Part shown: piece after piece, positions 28,754 to 32,000 of the stretch
Layout of the letters: each line of letters opens with the position of its first letter
How positions within the stretch are numbered: position 1 is the stretch's first letter
Made by a program: the position numbers and the translations under genes
The notes under the pieces: generated by a model
Database searches by the model: none
Told to the model about the DNA's origin: nothing
Seen by the model: the letters and a program-made list of their open reading frames with translations, nothing else
From: Prochlorococcus sp. MIT 0801
GTDB lineage: Bacteria > Cyanobacteriota > Cyanobacteriia > PCC-6307 > Cyanobiaceae
DNA: 32,000 bases
Direction of reading: 5' to 3'
Assembly (NCBI RefSeq): GCF_000757865.1
Contig: NZ_CP007754.1
Location: 570,001 to 602,000, forward strand

Positions 28754-28981
28754 ATGGGAGCTGTTAATCCGATATTTACATTATCGGCTTATGCGGTACT
28801 GGGAGGGATGTATTTATTTGTAGTTCCTGTATTTCTGTTTTATTGGATGAATAATCGTTGGAATGTTATGGGAAAGTTTGAACGCCTTTTTATATATGGA
28901 CTTGTTTTTCTTTTCTTTCCTGGAATGGTTTTGTTTGCACCGTTTATTAATTTAAGAATGAATGGAAAAGAGGAGTCTTGA
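28754..28981 (+). CDS. ndhL: NAD(P)H-quinone oxidoreductase (NDH-1) subunit L
   Basis: The core [49 protein letters not shown] matches my recollection of picocyanobacterial NdhL. A start at 28754 (MGAVNP...) gives the usual ~75 aa. In-frame ATGs at 28709/28712 would touch the tRNA 3' end, so the start is uncertain. Confidence 0.8.
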   Translation: MGAVNPIFTLSAYAVLGGMYLFVVPVFLFYWMNNRWNVMGKFERLFIYGLVFLFFPGMVLFAPFINLRMNGKEES

Positions 28982-28984
28982 ACT

Positions 28985-29317
28985 TTGACAAGAGCACAGG
29001 TTTTTCAAATAGGTTTGATTGTTTTTGTTTTAGGTGGCTTAGGATATGAAGTGTTTCAGTTACTTGGATTTGAATCAATATCAGCTGGTATTGCATCACA
29101 GTCAATATTAATTTTAATTATTTTTGTATGGACAGCTTCTTACCTTTTTAGAGTTTTTTCTGGGAATATGACTTTTATGGAGCAACGTAAAAGATACAGA
29201 GAAGCTTATGAAAAATTAACTGATGAAAAAATTAGAGAAAAGTTTGAGGCCATGACAGATGAAGAAAAAGTTGAATTACTAAAAACCGTTGAGGAAGAAA
29301 GTAGTGAGCAAACTTAA
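28985..29317 (+). CDS. conserved small membrane protein (two TM helices plus a charged C-terminal helix; possibly DUF3007)
   Basis: 110-codon ORF with a TTG start 4 nt after ndhL. Hydrophobic segments IGLIVFVLGGLGY and ILILIIFVWTASYLF precede an EK-rich tail. The family assignment is from memory only. Confidence 0.6.
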   Translation: MTRAQVFQIGLIVFVLGGLGYEVFQLLGFESISAGIASQSILILIIFVWTASYLFRVFSGNMTFMEQRKRYREAYEKLTDEKIREKFEAMTDEEKVELLKTVEEESSEQT

Positions 29318-29400
29318 GTTTTAATTACTAAATCTCAATAATTTTTTACTCTTAGGGATACAAAAATGATAAAAAAGATAGATACCCAAGGCTTAAAACA

Positions 29401-30201
29401 TTGAAAAGTACAAATATCAGTAGTTCTTTTTCCAAAATAAAAAAAGAGAAAAGAATAGCATTAATGCCTTTCCTTATGGCAGGTGACCCTGATTTGGAAA
29501 CTACAGCAAAGATTTTGTTAGAACTTCAGGAAAATGGTGCTGACATGATTGAGCTAGGCATTCCATACAGTGATCCTTTGGCAGATGGACCGATTATTCA
29601 ATTAGCAGCTTCTCGAGCTCTCTCTGCAGGAACTTCTCCTGATAGGGTTTTTAAAATGTTGTCTGAATTGAGAGATCAATTGACAATACCAATAATTTTA
29701 TTTACTTACTCAAATCCACTTATTAATAAAGGTCTGGAAGAATTTTGCTTACAAGCCTCGAAAGTAGGTGTTTCAGGACTTGTCGTGCCAGATCTTCCTT
29801 TAGAGGAAGCAGAAAAACTTTCTGTCATAGCAGAATCTAAGGAAATTGATTTGGTTTTACTTGTTGCTCCTACAACCCCCAAGGATCGTATGAGAAAAAT
29901 CGCAGCGACTTCTAATGGATTCACTTATCTTGTAAGTGTTACTGGGGTAACAGGAGAAAGGTCGTCATTAGAAGATAATGTAGGAAATCTTGTTCAACAA
30001 CTAAAAGATTCTTCATCTAGTCCAATTGCTGTGGGCTTTGGAATTTCGGAGGTAAAACATATTGAACAAGTTAGAGAATGGGGCGCTGATGGCGCAATTG
30101 TTGGTAGTGCTTTAGTTAAAAGAATTGCTAATGCCTCGATCGAAATGAAAGTCGAAGAAGCAGGTTCTTTTTGTAAAGAACTAAGAGCCGCAACTAATTA
30201 A
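29401..30201 (+). CDS. trpA: tryptophan synthase alpha chain
   Basis: 266-aa ORF with a TTG start. Carries typical motifs ([30 protein letters not shown]). Confidence 0.95.
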   Translation: MKSTNISSSFSKIKKEKRIALMPFLMAGDPDLETTAKILLELQENGADMIELGIPYSDPLADGPIIQLAASRALSAGTSPDRVFKMLSELRDQLTIPIILFTYSNPLINKGLEEFCLQASKVGVSGLVVPDLPLEEAEKLSVIAESKEIDLVLLVAPTTPKDRMRKIAATSNGFTYLVSVTGVTGERSSLEDNVGNLVQQLKDSSSSPIAVGFGISEVKHIEQVREWGADGAIVGSALVKRIANASIEMKVEEAGSFCKELRAATN

Positions 30202-30293
30202 TATTTTTTTAAATAGCAACAGATCAAGCTGAATATTGAATTCTTATATATGTTTTATCTTGAGAAAGGTTGTCTTTATTCAACTTGAAAACT

Positions 30294-30563
30294 ATGGATC
30301 AATTTGTCCTTTGGGGGTCTTACTGTGAAGATGCTCTACTAAAGAGAAAACCTTTTAGGGAAGAGCATCTTCAAAGGCTCTCATTACTTAAGGAAAAAGG
30401 TATATTAATAACTTTAGGACCGACAAAATGTAATAGATATGTTTTTGGGATATTTAAATCTGAGACTATTGAAAATATAAGAAGTCTTATCAAAGAGGAC
30501 GTTTACTGGAGAGAGGGGATATGGACTGATTTCGAAATTTACTCTTGGACCCAAGCTTTTTGA
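30294..30563 (+). CDS. YciI-like protein
   Basis: The track ORF is trimmed to the ATG at 30294 (MDQFVLWGSYCEDALLKRKPFREEHLQRL). Size (~89 aa) and pattern fit YCII-related domain proteins. Confidence 0.65.
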   Translation: MDQFVLWGSYCEDALLKRKPFREEHLQRLSLLKEKGILITLGPTKCNRYVFGIFKSETIENIRSLIKEDVYWREGIWTDFEIYSWTQAF

Positions 30564-30889
30564 GCTTGTTCCCAGACCCAATTAGCTACAATCTGATCGC
30601 CATTATCTCCTAATTTATCTTCATAACCACTCATTATTCCTAACCCTTGTCTAGCTATCTTCGCTATAGCTTCTGGATTGTCAATTCCATTACGTTTTAA
30701 TGATGAAATCTTCAAATTCTTTGATCTTCTTAGTATGTTCCCGCCATTAATGTGGCATCCAGCACAGTTGTGTTTGAAAATACTTTCCCCTAAATCTGCC
30801 TCAATAGCATTTAGCTCTTTTGGTAAACTTAGATAAAAAAAGGTGAAACAAAAGATGATTAGAAAAAAACCTCTTAAATATTTTTTCAT
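30539..30889 (-). CDS. c-type monohaem cytochrome of the c6 family (c6-like), with a signal peptide
   Basis: Haem-binding CAGCH, a downstream Met ligand region (GIMSGY) and a c6-like C-terminus (VANWVWEQAQKAW). The start is set at the ATG at 30889 (MKKYLRGFFLIIFCF...), just before the signal peptide. The 3' end overlaps the YciI-like gene by 25 nt, convergently. Confidence 0.8.
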   Translation of the reverse strand: MKKYLRGFFLIIFCFTFFYLSLPKELNAIEADLGESIFKHNCAGCHINGGNILRRSKNLKISSLKRNGIDNPEAIAKIARQGLGIMSGYEDKLGDNGDQIVANWVWEQAQKAWVQE

Positions 30890-30902
30890 AGTCTTATAAA
30901 TC

Positions 30903-31235
30903 TTATTTATCGAAATTAATTTTTGAAAGATCCTCACAAATTTCGTCAAGAAGATCAAGTTGCCCCGAAGAATTTAAGTCAAAAATTTTCTTTGATTTCT
31001 CTCCTCCACCGTTTGTCCATAACTTTTCAACTTCACAAAGCCTATTTGCAATTTTTGGAATGCCACCAGAACTAAAATCTTTTTTTAAAGATTCAATTAA
31101 AGTTTGCATTCTTGCGGAAGGGAGATGAAGACTTTGGCAAAGTTCTGATTGTGTTCTACCTGTGTGCTTCAACCAGTCTTTGATTAGAAGTACTAAATCC
31201 TTTTCTATATCTTTTGACCAGCGTTCTTTGCTCAT
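30903..31235 (-). CDS. hypothetical protein with an HTH-like segment (110 aa)
   Basis: ORF with the start set at ATG 31235-31233 (MSKERW...), which overlaps the upstream TGA as ATGA. The segment RTQSELCQSLHLPSARMQTLIE resembles a helix-turn-helix. Confidence 0.5.
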   Translation of the reverse strand: MSKERWSKDIEKDLVLLIKDWLKHTGRTQSELCQSLHLPSARMQTLIESLKKDFSSGGIPKIANRLCEVEKLWTNGGGEKSKKIFDLNSSGQLDLLDEICEDLSKINFDK

Positions 31236-31597
31236 AGTGGAAACCATTTATCCAGCTTTGATTTTGCTTTGAATTTTATCTCTGGAGTAATGTGATGTTG
31301 CCATAGACTAATTACAGCTGTTAAGGCCACAAGATCATCGCTAAAACCTGAGGCAGGAATAAAGTCGGGAATTAAATCAAAAGGAACAATTAAATAAGTA
31401 AGTGCTCCCATAATGGATAACCTCACCTGAGGAGGAGTTGAATTATCCATGATGAGTTCAAATCCTTCTAAAGCAGGCTGTGCAATTACTCTGCCTGCTC
31501 TTAATAAGATCTTTTTAAGTACCCCCTCATCGATAACAGAACTTTCAAGTACTTCTGCTTCAAAAACTTCTTTATTGGAGTCTCTTGAACTAACCAC
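31232..31597 (-). CDS. DUF1232 (YkvA-like) membrane protein
   Basis: Signature YLIVPFDLIPDFIPASGFSDDLVAL. A GTG start is proposed at 31597, 2 nt after the sigma-factor stop. The frame stays open for 49 codons before the first ATG (31450), which is the alternative start. Confidence 0.6.
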   Translation of the reverse strand: MVSSRDSNKEVFEAEVLESSVIDEGVLKKILLRAGRVIAQPALEGFELIMDNSTPPQVRLSIMGALTYLIVPFDLIPDFIPASGFSDDLVALTAVISLWQHHITPEIKFKAKSKLDKWFPL

Positions 31598-31599
31598 AA

Positions 31600-32000
31600 T
31601 TAAATACTTGACTCTAAAAGACCACTTTGAACCCCTGTCTTTCTTAATTTTCTTAATGCACGTTGAACTACTTGTCTGCAATATTCTCTGCTGCAATTCA
31701 TTTGTCTGGCGACTTCCGCTAGCGTCCTCCATTCATTTGAACCATCAAGACCAAATCGAAGACTTAGTATCGTTCGCTCTTTGGGGGTGAGATTTGATTT
31801 TTCCAATAAAGACCAAGCTGATGCACTCCTTTCGGCTAATTCAGCAAGTTCCATGGGAGGTGCTTCCTCACTTGGAAGAATATCCACAAGCTCAGAGGGC
31901 TCTGCTTTGGATTTGATTGCACCTTGCAAGCTAACTGTAATACTTCTCAATTCGCATGCAAGCAATTCTTCTACTTCTTCTAAAGGGATTTTCATCTGTG
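31600..32000 (-). CDS. sigma-70 family RNA polymerase sigma factor, C-terminal part only (regions 3-4; gene runs off the right edge)
   Basis: LTPKERTILSLRFGLDG...TLAEVARQMNCSREYCRQVVQRALRKLRK is a region 4 / 4.2 HTH pattern. The frame is open to the window edge, so the track's Met at 31995 is not necessarily the start. Confidence 0.85.
   Translation of the reverse strand, partial: QMKIPLEEVEELLACELRSITVSLQGAIKSKAEPSELVDILPSEEAPPMELAELAERSASAWSLLEKSNLTPKERTILSLRFGLDGSNEWRTLAEVARQMNCSREYCRQVVQRALRKLRKTGVQSGLLESSI

Noticed and set aside
28482-29400. tRNA gene as an anchor for a genomic island or integrated element.
   Set aside because: Both flanks are core genes (pyrC and ndhL). I saw no integrase gene and noticed no direct repeat of the tRNA 3' end downstream. 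A computational repeat search would be needed to be certain.

Overview
AT-rich, very gene-dense segment: most spacers are under 100 nt and several stops and starts overlap. It reads like core chromosome of a marine alpha-cyanobacterium of the Prochlorococcus type, based on form IA RuBisCO, an alpha-carboxysome and gene order. No database search was possible. Left to right: (1) a truncated lipoate/biotin-ligase-family gene and a small membrane-protein gene. (2) Protochlorophyllide reduction genes: light-dependent por, then the dark-operative genes chlL, divergent from chlN-chlB. (3) The complete alpha-carboxysome super-locus: csoS1D, an antisense rdgB/HAM1 gene, then csoS1-cbbL-cbbS-csoS2-csoSCA-csoS4A-csoS4B, a second CsoS1 with an N-terminal extension (CsoS1E type), and a pterin-dehydratase-like (acRAF-type) gene. 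(4) Housekeeping genes: ridA, gloB, hisG, an ABC exporter, a GNAT, a DUF2064 + GT2 pair, dnaA, a CPYC GST-like gene divergent from gor, a CaCA antiporter, pyrC, intron-less tRNA-Leu(UAA), ndhL, a small membrane protein, trpA and a YciI-like gene. (5) A tightly coupled minus-strand string: sigma factor, DUF1232 protein, HTH-like protein, c6-like cytochrome. I saw no CRISPR array, transposase, integrase, phage or toxin-antitoxin genes and no long non-coding repeats. I do not see convincing evidence for a wholly new system. The best leads are the sigma/DUF1232/HTH/cytochrome string, the disordered extension on the second CsoS1, the two ~356-nt spacers upstream of chlN/chlL and csoS1, and the tRNA-Leu/ndhL junction. 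Coordinates of non-track features were counted by hand.
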